From Lentisphaerota bacterium (lineage in GTDB: Bacteria; Verrucomicrobiota; Lentisphaeria; Victivallales; Victivallaceae), in NCBI GenBank assembly GCA_015061725.1, contig SUVX01000001.1, positions 64,940 to 128,939 of the forward strand: a DNA stretch of 64,000 bases. Reading direction: 5' to 3'. Of the stretch, positions 37,985 to 47,033 are shown one piece after another. A program made the position numbers and the translations under genes. Each line of letters opens with the position of its first letter. Within the stretch, counting starts at the first letter, position 1. A model generated the notes under the pieces. It saw only the letters and a program-made list of their open reading frames with translations. It made no database searches and was not told where the DNA came from.

Positions 37985-39409
37985 ATGGAACTTGAACAGA
38001 CTCTTATAAAGAAAATCAAAACTGCCGGTCAGGAACATCTGCTGCGTTACTGGTCCATCCTTACGGAACAGGAACAGCAGGAGTTCGCTTCCCAACTTGA
38101 AGCAGTCAACTTTGACATTCTGCCGGAATTGATAAATCAATACGTTCTCAACCGCCCGCAAACAGCGATTCCGGCTGATTTGGGTCCTGCGCCCTTCTTC
38201 CCTTTGAATCCCCGTTCCGAAGAAGAAAAGAAACGTTATGAACAAGCAGAAAAAGAGGGTAAAGAATTGCTGAAATCCGGCAGAGTCTGCTGTCTGACAG
38301 TTGCCGGAGGACAGGGTACCCGTCTGGGATTTGACGGTCCTAAGGGCAGTTATCCGATCGGTCCGGTTTCGGGACGTCCGCTTTTTGCCTACTTTGCCCA
38401 GAACATTCTGCGCGCCGGAGAAAAATACGGCAAACCGATCACCTGGTACATCATGACCAGTAAACTCAACAATCAGGATACGGTTGACTTTTTCCGTAAA
38501 AACAACTTCTTCGGTCTGCAGGAAAATCAGGTATTTTTCTTTGTTCAGGGAACAATGCCCGCCATCGGCTATGACGGAAAACTGCTGATGGCAAATACGC
38601 ACTCTTTAAGTCTTTCTCCGGATGGTCACGGCGGAACACTCCTTGCTCTGAGAAAATCAGGCGCGCTTGACAGAATGAAAAAAGAGGGAACAGATATCAT
38701 TTCTTATTTTCAGGTGGATAATCCGCTTGTTCATGTGGTCGATCCGCTTTTTATCGGTATGCATATCCAGGAAAACGCCCAGATGAGTGCGGTCATGCTC
38801 TCAAAAACCGGACCTTTTGAAAAGCTTGGCAACTTCTGTGTTTCCGGTGGACGTCTGCAAATCATTGAATACAGCGATCTTCCTGAGGAACTGGCAGAGA
38901 AGCGCAATGCGGACGGAACTCTCGCATTTGTTGCGGGCAGTCCGGCAATCCACTTGATTCAGAGAGATTTTGTAGAGGAGTTGACTTCAAGCGGCAATCT
39001 CCGTCTGCCCTGGCACAGGGCGGATAAAAAGATTCCCTTTATTGACGAAAACGGTTCTGCAATATCACCTTCTGAACCCAACGGGGTCAAACTGGAGTCA
39101 TTTATCTTTGATGCCCTGCCCCTTGCCTCCCGGACGATGGTTATGGAGTTTGACCGCGCAGAAGTGTTTGCGCCGACAAAGAATCCGACAGGCGTTGATT
39201 CTGCAGAAAGCTGTCGCCGGATGCTTGTTGACAGAGACCTCAAACGTCTGGCTTCTGTCGGTGTCAGGATTCCCTGCAAAGCAGATGGAACCCCGGATGT
39301 CACAGTGGAAATCTCTCCCCGTCTCGTATTGGATGCCGAAGATGCCGCACAACTTGCGACCTCCCGGCTCATTGATTTTGAAAATGGCATGAAAGTTGTC
39401 ATTGAATGA
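37985..39409 (+). CDS. UDPGP-family (eukaryotic UAP1-like) UDP-N-acetylhexosamine pyrophosphorylase
   Basis: 474 aa. LTVAGGQGTRLGFDGPKGSYPI, SPDGHGG, QVDNPL and EKFIFDA-like (ESFIFDA) blocks of the UTP--glucose-1-P uridylyltransferase (PF01704) family. Confidence 0.8.
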   Translation: MELEQTLIKKIKTAGQEHLLRYWSILTEQEQQEFASQLEAVNFDILPELINQYVLNRPQTAIPADLGPAPFFPLNPRSEEEKKRYEQAEKEGKELLKSGRVCCLTVAGGQGTRLGFDGPKGSYPIGPVSGRPLFAYFAQNILRAGEKYGKPITWYIMTSKLNNQDTVDFFRKNNFFGLQENQVFFFVQGTMPAIGYDGKLLMANTHSLSLSPDGHGGTLLALRKSGALDRMKKEGTDIISYFQVDNPLVHVVDPLFIGMHIQENAQMSAVMLSKTGPFEKLGNFCVSGGRLQIIEYSDLPEELAEKRNADGTLAFVAGSPAIHLIQRDFVEELTSSGNLRLPWHRADKKIPFIDENGSAISPSEPNGVKLESFIFDALPLASRTMVMEFDRAEVFAPTKNPTGVDSAESCRRMLVDRDLKRLASVGVRIPCKADGTPDVTVEISPRLVLDAEDAAQLATSRLIDFENGMKVVIE

Positions 39410-40599
39410 TGAAGTACTTCAAAAATTTCAGTCTCAGCGCAAGAGTAAATGGCGCGAAAGACACCTCAAAAGAAGTATGGTTTTCAATAAGAGCACTGTT
39501 TTTTGTTACAGCAGTACTGACTATTTTCGGACTGACCATGCTTTATTCGGTCAGTTACGGCGTTGCCGGACTTAAATATTTCACAGTTCAGCTGATTGCC
39601 GTTTCTGCCGGTCTTGTGGGCGGAATCCTGATTTTTCTGTTCGGATACCGGGCAATAGCCTCAAAGTCATTGATTTGGTGCGGAATAATATTCCTGGCAC
39701 TGCTGGTGACAGCTTTCTGTTTCAGATCAATCAACGGTGCCTCGCGCTGGATCCGGTTCGGTTCCATATCCATACAAACGTCTGAATTTGCAAAAATCGT
39801 CATCGCAATTTTTGTAGCAAAATACTGTGCAGACAACATCAGAACGTTCTCTCTCTTAAAGCACCGGCGCGGTTTGTTTCCTCTGCTCGGAATTCTGGCT
39901 CTGCTGCTGGGGGGAATAGCCTGCGGAAAGGACCTGGGAACAACGCTGCTGGTATCAATCGTTGCATTTGCCACGCTGTTGGCGGCAGGATTGTATTTAA
40001 GATATCTTTCCATTCCCGTTATGCTTCTGCCGATTGCCGGTATTGCCATTTATCTCCTCAATGAAAACAGACGTATCAGAATGACCTCGTTCCTCAATCC
40101 TGAAAAACTGGGCAACAAAGAGGGATATCAGCTGATGAACTCGTTGTATGCTCTCGGGTCAGGCGACTGGTTCGGCACGGGATTCATGACCAGCAAATTC
40201 ACATACGGAGCTTTGCCGGAGTTTCATACGGACTTCATCCTTGCCATCGTCGGTGAAGAGTTGGGACTTATTGCAATGCTCACAGTCATTCTTCTTTATG
40301 TGCTGTACGGTTATTTCTCTCTGAAAATAGCCTTATGTTCAGAGTCCAGACTGGGAATGCTTCTGGGGTTTGCATTAAGCTGCGGCATCACCCTGCAGGC
40401 AGCCATCAATCTGCTGGCAGTTTCGGGCAGTGCGCCGACCAAAGGCATGCCGGCGCCGTTCATCAGTTACGGCGGCAGCAATCTGATATCCTGCCTGCTG
40501 GCAACGGCTCTTATTCTCTCAATCGGATTTGAACAGATAGTGCCGGGATACGCAGATAATTTCATCTCAAAACTCACCTGGAAACGTAACAGGAGATAA
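39406..40599 (+). CDS. SEDS-family peptidoglycan polymerase (FtsW/RodA/SpoVE)
   Basis: 397 aa, about 10 TM segments. QTSEFAKI, HTDFILA and PTKGMPAPFISYGGSNL blocks. The start overlaps the upstream stop. Confidence 0.85.
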   Translation: MMKYFKNFSLSARVNGAKDTSKEVWFSIRALFFVTAVLTIFGLTMLYSVSYGVAGLKYFTVQLIAVSAGLVGGILIFLFGYRAIASKSLIWCGIIFLALLVTAFCFRSINGASRWIRFGSISIQTSEFAKIVIAIFVAKYCADNIRTFSLLKHRRGLFPLLGILALLLGGIACGKDLGTTLLVSIVAFATLLAAGLYLRYLSIPVMLLPIAGIAIYLLNENRRIRMTSFLNPEKLGNKEGYQLMNSLYALGSGDWFGTGFMTSKFTYGALPEFHTDFILAIVGEELGLIAMLTVILLYVLYGYFSLKIALCSESRLGMLLGFALSCGITLQAAINLLAVSGSAPTKGMPAPFISYGGSNLISCLLATALILSIGFEQIVPGYADNFISKLTWKRNRR

Positions 40600-40614
40600 C
40601 TATCTGAAGTGCCG

Positions 40615-42423
40615 ATGAAACAAATTTTCCGCAATATCTTTTACATTGACTTCCCCGCCCGGGGAGCTTTTGCAGGAATCGTTCTGTTTATTTTCGGCAC
40701 ATGGAGTTATTTTTCTCTGTTGACGGCAAGCGGAAAAATCCACGGTATGATTTTTTTTCCGCTTGCCGGTCATCTGCCGTTAACGATTGCGCTTCTCTTT
40801 GCTCTTCCAGCTCTGTTTCTCGGCTACGCTCTTTTTACCGTTTGCCGCTATCTGTTCAAATGCGGCGGCTTCAGCAAGATTATCCGACAACCGCTTTCGT
40901 TATTGTGCAATAAAATCTGTCTTTCTCTCGCCCTTTACGGGCTTTTTCACAGTTCAGAGGTATTCGTTCTTGCAGATTTGCTTTTAAGTTGTCATGCAAC
41001 CGGACCGTTTTTTCAAAAATTCATGCTGCCGGAACCCTGCAGGGCGGCAGCAAGCTATACAGGGATTTTCTTTCTTTTTCTCTGGCTTTTTTCAACGGCA
41101 GAACTTCTTTCTTCCGCAGAAAAACTGCCGTTGAGAAAAATGTTCGGCAAAACGGTCTGTATTGTCTTGCTCTTCTCTTTTCTTGTTTTGATTTTCACAA
41201 ACACACTTGCCCATTTTTCAAAAAAAGAATTTCAGCAAAAAAAATCAGAATTGGAAAAACTCACCTCAACTCCCGTTGATGCAATAAATTTCTGCAAACG
41301 CTATTACGGCAACAGAAAACCCGATCCGGACTTTTGGAAAAAGGCCGATCTGCTGCAAAAAGAACAATTCAATCTTGATTTTCTGCTTTCTCCCGATCCG
41401 CTTTGTGTTGAAATGGATAAAGAAACCGCAGAAAAGCGGCAGAAAAAATTATTTTCTGACAAATATTTCAAGGAATGGAATGTACTGCTTTCCCATCCCC
41501 TGCCCCTGCGGCAACAACATATCGAAAAAGGAAAATTTTTAACAAATTTCCGATTCGGCTCCCAACTCAGGCGTGTTGCGATCATGCAATACTGGAGATT
41601 GCGTTTTGCCGTCAATGCCCGCGACACGGAAACAATCGTGGATGCTCTGGAAAAGATGCATTACTGCCGTGAGTCTCTGATTGATGATATGTGGCAGCCC
41701 GCAGCCATCTCAATGATTGCGGTGGAAACATTCCGTCTGAAAGCACTTGAGCGCGTTATTGCGGCAAATCTGCTTTCAGAGGGACAACTTCTGCGGCAGA
41801 AAACGCAAATATCACGTCTGAGAAAGCACCTGCCGAAAATAAGAAACAACATGTTATACGCTGAAGCAGTCCTTGCTTTTGACTGGATAGACTCCTCTTA
41901 TGATAAAATTCAAAAATACCGTTTTCTGCTTCCGGCAGCGGTTCACTTGTGGAATAAAAACAAGATACTCACTGCACAGTCTTTCATCAACGCTTATCAA
42001 AACAAAACATATAAAATCCCCCAAGATTCCACAGGAATACTTGCCCGCGGCATTCTGCCGGATTTTGAAAACTTTGACATCCGTTTAAAAATGCTGCAAT
42101 CCCTTTGCCTTGCGATGGAAAAAATTATCGATCTTCACCTTTACAAACGGAAAAAAGGTGTCTATCCGGATTATCCTGAAACATTGCCGATTGATCCGTT
42201 TACGGGAAAAGAGATGATTTATTATCAAGGCACACTCCGTCTGCCCCGGATATTTGTTTCTCAAAATCAATCACATCCATCGATAAAATTTGTCCCCACC
42301 CGGGTTGTTGCTGTTTTAAGCTGCGGAAAAAACAAAACCGATGATACCGGAACAGAATACACCGATGACATCGGTATTTATATTCCGTTATCCGACAGCA
42401 GGCAAACATCTCCGACTGAATAA
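40615..42423 (+). CDS. hypothetical polytopic membrane protein with a large soluble C-domain
   Basis: About 600 aa. Five or six N-terminal TM segments. The C-terminus holds YPDYPETLPIDPFTGKEMIYY, reminiscent of pseudopilin-like C-terminal motifs. The ORF track begins at GTG 40609; I prefer the ATG at 40615. Confidence 0.5.
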   Translation: MKQIFRNIFYIDFPARGAFAGIVLFIFGTWSYFSLLTASGKIHGMIFFPLAGHLPLTIALLFALPALFLGYALFTVCRYLFKCGGFSKIIRQPLSLLCNKICLSLALYGLFHSSEVFVLADLLLSCHATGPFFQKFMLPEPCRAAASYTGIFFLFLWLFSTAELLSSAEKLPLRKMFGKTVCIVLLFSFLVLIFTNTLAHFSKKEFQQKKSELEKLTSTPVDAINFCKRYYGNRKPDPDFWKKADLLQKEQFNLDFLLSPDPLCVEMDKETAEKRQKKLFSDKYFKEWNVLLSHPLPLRQQHIEKGKFLTNFRFGSQLRRVAIMQYWRLRFAVNARDTETIVDALEKMHYCRESLIDDMWQPAAISMIAVETFRLKALERVIAANLLSEGQLLRQKTQISRLRKHLPKIRNNMLYAEAVLAFDWIDSSYDKIQKYRFLLPAAVHLWNKNKILTAQSFINAYQNKTYKIPQDSTGILARGILPDFENFDIRLKMLQSLCLAMEKIIDLHLYKRKKGVYPDYPETLPIDPFTGKEMIYYQGTLRLPRIFVSQNQSHPSIKFVPTRVVAVLSCGKNKTDDTGTEYTDDIGIYIPLSDSRQTSPTE

Positions 42424-42437
42424 AAAACGGGTGTTAC

Positions 42438-43175
42438 ATGAAAAACATCAAAAAACATCTGCTGTTACTGCTGATCGGATTTGTATTTTCAACTTTTGCC
42501 GATTTTGATTTCGGCCTTCCGTCTGAAACCGATCTGCACTTGAAAAAACAGGGGTTTTCGCTGGGATACAGTTACAAATACCGTCAGGCTGTCTGGGTGG
42601 CATACACGCTGGCTTCAGAAAATCTGCTGACACGGCAAGTCCGGAGAAAAGATAACTTCAGGGCGGATCCTGCAGTGAAAAAACGGCCTGTGCGCCCCAA
42701 AGATTATGCCAGAAGCGGCTATGACAAGGGACATCTTGCTCCGGCGGCGGATATGACATATTCTGTAACAAGTATGAACAATTCTTTTTTGATGACAAAT
42801 ATTTCACCGCAAACACCGGGTTGCAACCGGGGAATCTGGAAAAGACTTGAAACTCAAGTGCGCCGATGGGCTCTCAGAGAAGAAAAGCTTTATATTATTA
42901 CAGGACCGGTATTTTCCCGCAGACCTGCCAGAATGAAAAAATCAAGGCTTCCTGTACCGGTTGCATTTTACAAAGTGATTCTCGACCTGACTCCGCCGAT
43001 GAAAATGATCGGATTCATTGTTCCGAATGAAAGCAGCAAACGAAGACTGGCAAGTTTTTCGGTATCCGTTGACGAAGTTGAACGTCTTACCGGATATGAT
43101 TTTTTCAGCGATCTTGATGATGACATCGAAAACCGTCTGGAAAAAGTAACTGACTGGCAAAGCTGGATGAAATAA
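42438..43175 (+). CDS. secreted DNA/RNA non-specific endonuclease (NucA/EndoG family)
   Basis: 245 aa. Signal peptide MKNIKKHLLLLLIGFVFSTFA and the catalytic block GYDKGHLAPAADM...NISPQ. Confidence 0.85.
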   Translation: MKNIKKHLLLLLIGFVFSTFADFDFGLPSETDLHLKKQGFSLGYSYKYRQAVWVAYTLASENLLTRQVRRKDNFRADPAVKKRPVRPKDYARSGYDKGHLAPAADMTYSVTSMNNSFLMTNISPQTPGCNRGIWKRLETQVRRWALREEKLYIITGPVFSRRPARMKKSRLPVPVAFYKVILDLTPPMKMIGFIVPNESSKRRLASFSVSVDEVERLTGYDFFSDLDDDIENRLEKVTDWQSWMK

Positions 43176-43177
43176 AA
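42933..43177 (+). repeat. left copy of a ~245-bp direct repeat (last ~80 codons of the nuclease gene)
   Basis: Aligns by eye with 47034-47282 at about 92% identity. Similarity starts at ATGAAAAAATCAAGG and ends just after the stop codon. Confidence 0.85.
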
Positions 43178-43346
43178 GGTCGTAAATTGACAAAGTAAAT
43201 GCACCCTGCTCTAAAAATGAGCGTGCGTTTAGTTTTACAATCGACATGCGAAAATTTTTCGACATACAGATTCAGGGGTATTTGCAATTTTTTGTTTTGC
43301 GTGATACATTACAAAGTAATATATTCATCAGCAACGGGAGATAAAC

Positions 43347-43664
43347 ATGGAACAGCCAATTATAGCAAATGGTGGATTGCAGTATGTGCCGCAAATTGCG
43401 GTGCAGTATGTGTATCTGGACTTTGACGGGGAATTAACCAGTTACAACGGAGAAATTCTGACCGTTGACAATGTGGAAGTGCAGGACTCTTCTTTGACAG
43501 AGGAACGCATTGCCAATATTGTTGCAGAACTCAATGCCAAATATGCGGATATTCCACCATCTACATTGGCAAAACAGAAGCCTTTGCTCCCTACGGCAAC
43601 TTTGCCGGATTGGCAGAAACCATTGACAAGGGCAACAAAATCTCAACCGACAAAGCCTTTGTGA
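43347..43664 (+). pseudogene. N-terminal fragment of the large RTX/beta-helix protein gene, separated from the main ORF by a frameshift
   Basis: GGGAGA Shine-Dalgarno plus ATG. MEQPIIANGG...VYLDFDGELTSYNG...AELNAKYA then runs out of frame. The +2 frame continues from ~43550 as YSTIYIGKTEAFAPYGNFAGLAETIDKGN into the 1114-aa ORF. Confidence 0.6.
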
Positions 43665-46600
43665 TGCTGGATTCCACCGCCAGTAACGAAACAATAATTT
43701 CCACCATTTCCCACGAAACCGACCACCTTCTGGGTACTCTCGATCACGGCGGCGAAGGCCTCGCCGCCTATGCGGTCTCCAAGACATATTCCTCCGGTTA
43801 TCACAACTCCATGTTAATTATTTCCGGAGATGATATTACGCTGACCGGATCTGCAGCCACCTACTCATCTATCATTTCCTCCGGAGGCCGCTTGACTCTC
43901 AGCAGCGGCGGCAGTGCCGACACTGTGGAAATCAGAAACGGCGGTACTTTGATTCTGGGAGCAGGCGGCAAGTTGTACATGGGAGTTATTTCCTCCGGCG
44001 GAAGTATTTATACTGCATCCAGCGGCACATATCATATCGGTGCTCTGGATATCCAGAACGGCGCAATCGTCTGGGTTTCCGGCGATGCACGACTGAGTGA
44101 TTTGACAGTTTATTCCGGCGGAGTATTATATTTATCATCCGGCGTCACTTCCTGCAGTCGGCTGGAGGTCAGTTCAGGGGGGAGTGTTACCGTTTTCAAC
44201 GGTGCAATTCTTTCCGGGGCTCAGTTATTGGAATCCAAGGCCCGGCTGCTCGTAAGCAGCGGAGGATCGGCAATCAATACCAGCCTCTATGCAGGTACGA
44301 CTGTAGATGTGTATCAAGGCGGAGTTGTTACAGATGTACGCCGTATGAATGGGTGGTCGTCCGACTGCCAGATCAATGTCAGAGGCGGCAGCCTGCTGAA
44401 TACGATGTTATACGCTACTGTTGCAGATATCTATTCCGGGGGAATCGTATCGGATGCCCGGGTTATGAGTGGCATGCTCCGGGTATACAATGGCGGTTTG
44501 GCAAACAGTATAACGCTTTCAAAGGGTGGTTATGCAGTGTTTGCCGATTATGCCAGGGGCAGTAAAGTTACTGTACAATCCGGCGGTCATCTGGATATTT
44601 ACACTACCGGAACTGTGATTTCTGATCTTGAAGTTGAAAGCGGCGGGATTTTACAGGGATTTTTGATCGGGGCGACACATAAATTCAGTTCGGCAAGCGG
44701 TGCGGAAATCAAACCATTTTCCAATGTTTCCATAAAAAGATCTTTGATGACTGTTTCCAGCGGCAATGTTTCCGCGTTGGGGGCAGTCGTAAGTTCGGCA
44801 ATAATCCATATTTCCTCCGGCGGCAAGGTCAGTTCTCTTGAATTGGCAAAAGGCGCAAAATGCCATATCAAAAGCGGCGGGATCGTTTCCAGCGGCGAAG
44901 TAAAAAACAGCAACACCACCGTCGTTGTTTCCTCCGGCGGTCAAATGACAGGCGGGACACTTGCAGCTTCTGCAACGCTGGCAGTTTCCGGCGGCACGAT
45001 CCGCAATATAAGCGCAACGGATTGGTCCAAAATCAATCTTCGTTCCGGCGCAACAGCTGAAAATGTAACCGTTTGGGACGACAGCAAGTTAACAATTTCA
45101 GCCGGAGCATCTGCTTTTCTGCCCATGATTCAGGCAGAATCAGGTTATATCGACGTCCAGGGAGGAATGTGTGTCTCGGCACTGGTCAACAACGGTGGAG
45201 CTTTCGTTATAACCAGCAGCGGTGTTGCCAGTAAAACCACTATTCAGGGCAACGGTCGCGGCGGAGTGTATGCTGGAAAATTTATTGATACATCCGTTAC
45301 CAATGGTACATTGTCTGTCAACAGCGGCGGAAATGTCATCAATACCTCACTGGGGTATAACGGAAAGCTTGTCGTTTACTCAAACGGAACAGCTTCAGAT
45401 ACTTACATTGATATGGGCGGAACTGCGATCGTGGGCGGTCCATCAATTATTCAGTCTTCCGGAAAAATGATTGACACAACCGTAAATTCCGGCGGCAAAC
45501 TCTCTGTCGCCAAAGGCGGTACTGTTGAAAACGTGACCGTAAATTCCGGCGGCAGCATGTATATCGACGGCGGAGGAACCTTTACCGGAGAATTGACCAT
45601 TGCTGACGGAGGATGGGTTGAAGGCAACGGTGCGATATTTGATCTGGATATCAGTGATCGTTCCACTGAAGATAACGCTTTGATCAACGTTATTTCATTT
45701 ATTGTCGGCTCGCCGGAATTTTTGATTACGGTGGATACCGATCAGGCATACGGCGTTTACAAACTTGCTTCCGGAGCCGGCGGCAGAGATTTTACCTTTA
45801 CCGTCCGGAATCAGTTGGGAGGCACGATCGGTTCCGTTTCCACGGCCGATACAGTTGCATATAATTTCAACAAGAGAGATTACAAAGTCAGCAATATAGG
45901 GGGAGAACTTACCTTGACAGTCAGTGCGTCAAGCCCCGGGTTGAGCGGCGATGCTGCCGGTGTCTCATGGAAAAATCTTCCCGGCACTCATTTCGTTGTG
46001 GACTATTCCACAAACGACTACACCAATACCTTGCGTGTCGGTGTTGCCGGCAGTTCACTGGATACCTACGGTTTGCCTGGAGGAACTTATCAGTGGCAAG
46101 TCAAAGAGGTCAATGGAGAATTCATTGCGGGGGATGATATTGTTTCTGATAATACATCTGCTCCGCAGCGATATGTTTCTGATGATGACCGCCAGACGGA
46201 CCTTTTCTTTGCCAGAGCCCATGGTGTCTGGGATGCAGGTTACTCAGCAGAACATCAGGGACGGCTCGGTACATGGAACGGTACAACCGAAAGAGTTTCC
46301 CTTGCGGGCAAAAACAAAATTTCCGATGTGTTTATTGCTTCCGGGGATACCAATATTCTGGTTTTGACGGATGACAGCAACGGTGATGCGTTGTTTTTGG
46401 ATGATGTTTATACTTCGTTCGGCAAGGATGCCGCAAGAATAGCTCACATTGATGAGATCCGCGCCGGTGCCGGTGATGATATCATCGACCTGACCAGTCA
46501 GCAGTTCGCTTACAGCGGCATGGGGATGAATATTTACGGCGGGCTTGGTAATGACATCATTTGGGGTAATACAGGCAGCAATAAATTATTCGGTAATGCA

Positions 46601-46954
46601 GGAAATGACCGCATCATCGGAGGAACCGATAACGATGAGATCATCGGCGGGAGCGGTAACGACGCCATGCACGGTGGAGGCGGAAATGATGTCTTCTGTT
46701 TCGGAGAAAACTGGGGTAATGATACCGTTGAACAGCTTTCCGGAAGTTCTGTCACCTTGTGGTTTGAAAACGGATCGGAAAGCAACTGGAATGCTTCTAC
46801 GCTCACTTATTCCGACGGTATAAACAGCGTTAAAGTCAGTGGCGTGAGCGACGTTACGCTCAAATTCGGCGAAGCAGCCCTGCCCTCCGGATGCTTTGAT
46901 GATGCCGACAGCGAAAAGATCTTTGAAGATAAAAACAAAGGTTTCCTGGCGTAA
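43610..46954 (+). CDS. large repeat protein: HExxH metzincin-like module, ~40 SSGG-type beta-helix repeats, C-terminal RTX nonapeptide block (body of the frameshifted gene)
   Basis: HETDHLLGTLDH at 43712-43747. Long run of xSSGGxxxxT/V repeats. GGLGNDIIWGNTGSNKLFGNAGNDRIIGGTDNDEIIGGSGNDAMHGGGGND at ~46538-46695. No N-terminal signal peptide. Confidence 0.8.
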   Translation: MAETIDKGNKISTDKAFVMLDSTASNETIISTISHETDHLLGTLDHGGEGLAAYAVSKTYSSGYHNSMLIISGDDITLTGSAATYSSIISSGGRLTLSSGGSADTVEIRNGGTLILGAGGKLYMGVISSGGSIYTASSGTYHIGALDIQNGAIVWVSGDARLSDLTVYSGGVLYLSSGVTSCSRLEVSSGGSVTVFNGAILSGAQLLESKARLLVSSGGSAINTSLYAGTTVDVYQGGVVTDVRRMNGWSSDCQINVRGGSLLNTMLYATVADIYSGGIVSDARVMSGMLRVYNGGLANSITLSKGGYAVFADYARGSKVTVQSGGHLDIYTTGTVISDLEVESGGILQGFLIGATHKFSSASGAEIKPFSNVSIKRSLMTVSSGNVSALGAVVSSAIIHISSGGKVSSLELAKGAKCHIKSGGIVSSGEVKNSNTTVVVSSGGQMTGGTLAASATLAVSGGTIRNISATDWSKINLRSGATAENVTVWDDSKLTISAGASAFLPMIQAESGYIDVQGGMCVSALVNNGGAFVITSSGVASKTTIQGNGRGGVYAGKFIDTSVTNGTLSVNSGGNVINTSLGYNGKLVVYSNGTASDTYIDMGGTAIVGGPSIIQSSGKMIDTTVNSGGKLSVAKGGTVENVTVNSGGSMYIDGGGTFTGELTIADGGWVEGNGAIFDLDISDRSTEDNALINVISFIVGSPEFLITVDTDQAYGVYKLASGAGGRDFTFTVRNQLGGTIGSVSTADTVAYNFNKRDYKVSNIGGELTLTVSASSPGLSGDAAGVSWKNLPGTHFVVDYSTNDYTNTLRVGVAGSSLDTYGLPGGTYQWQVKEVNGEFIAGDDIVSDNTSAPQRYVSDDDRQTDLFFARAHGVWDAGYSAEHQGRLGTWNGTTERVSLAGKNKISDVFIASGDTNILVLTDDSNGDALFLDDVYTSFGKDAARIAHIDEIRAGAGDDIIDLTSQQFAYSGMGMNIYGGLGNDIIWGNTGSNKLFGNAGNDRIIGGTDNDEIIGGSGNDAMHGGGGNDVFCFGENWGNDTVEQLSGSSVTLWFENGSESNWNASTLTYSDGINSVKVSGVSDVTLKFGEAALPSGCFDDADSEKIFEDKNKGFLA

Positions 46955-46976
46955 AAATCCACCTTAAAAAACTGAA

Positions 46977-47020
46977 ATGCTCAAACTGGCGTACTATGAT
47001 GTTGGTTTGAGCATTTTTTT
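46977..47020 (+). terminator. rho-independent terminator after the RTX gene
   Basis: ATGCTCAAAC-(18 nt)-GTTTGAGCAT followed by T7. Confidence 0.65.
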
Positions 47021-47033
47021 ACGAGAGTTGCTT

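Noticed and set aside
37943-38602. 219-aa minus-strand ORF opposite the UAP1-like gene
   Set aside because: It is a shadow ORF within a tightly packed plus-strand operon, with no motifs.
43199-43426. 75-aa plus-strand ORF overlapping the RTX gene start
   Set aside because: It is Cys/Phe-rich with an odd composition and overlaps the Shine-Dalgarno-supported ATG at 43347 in another frame. It has no motifs.
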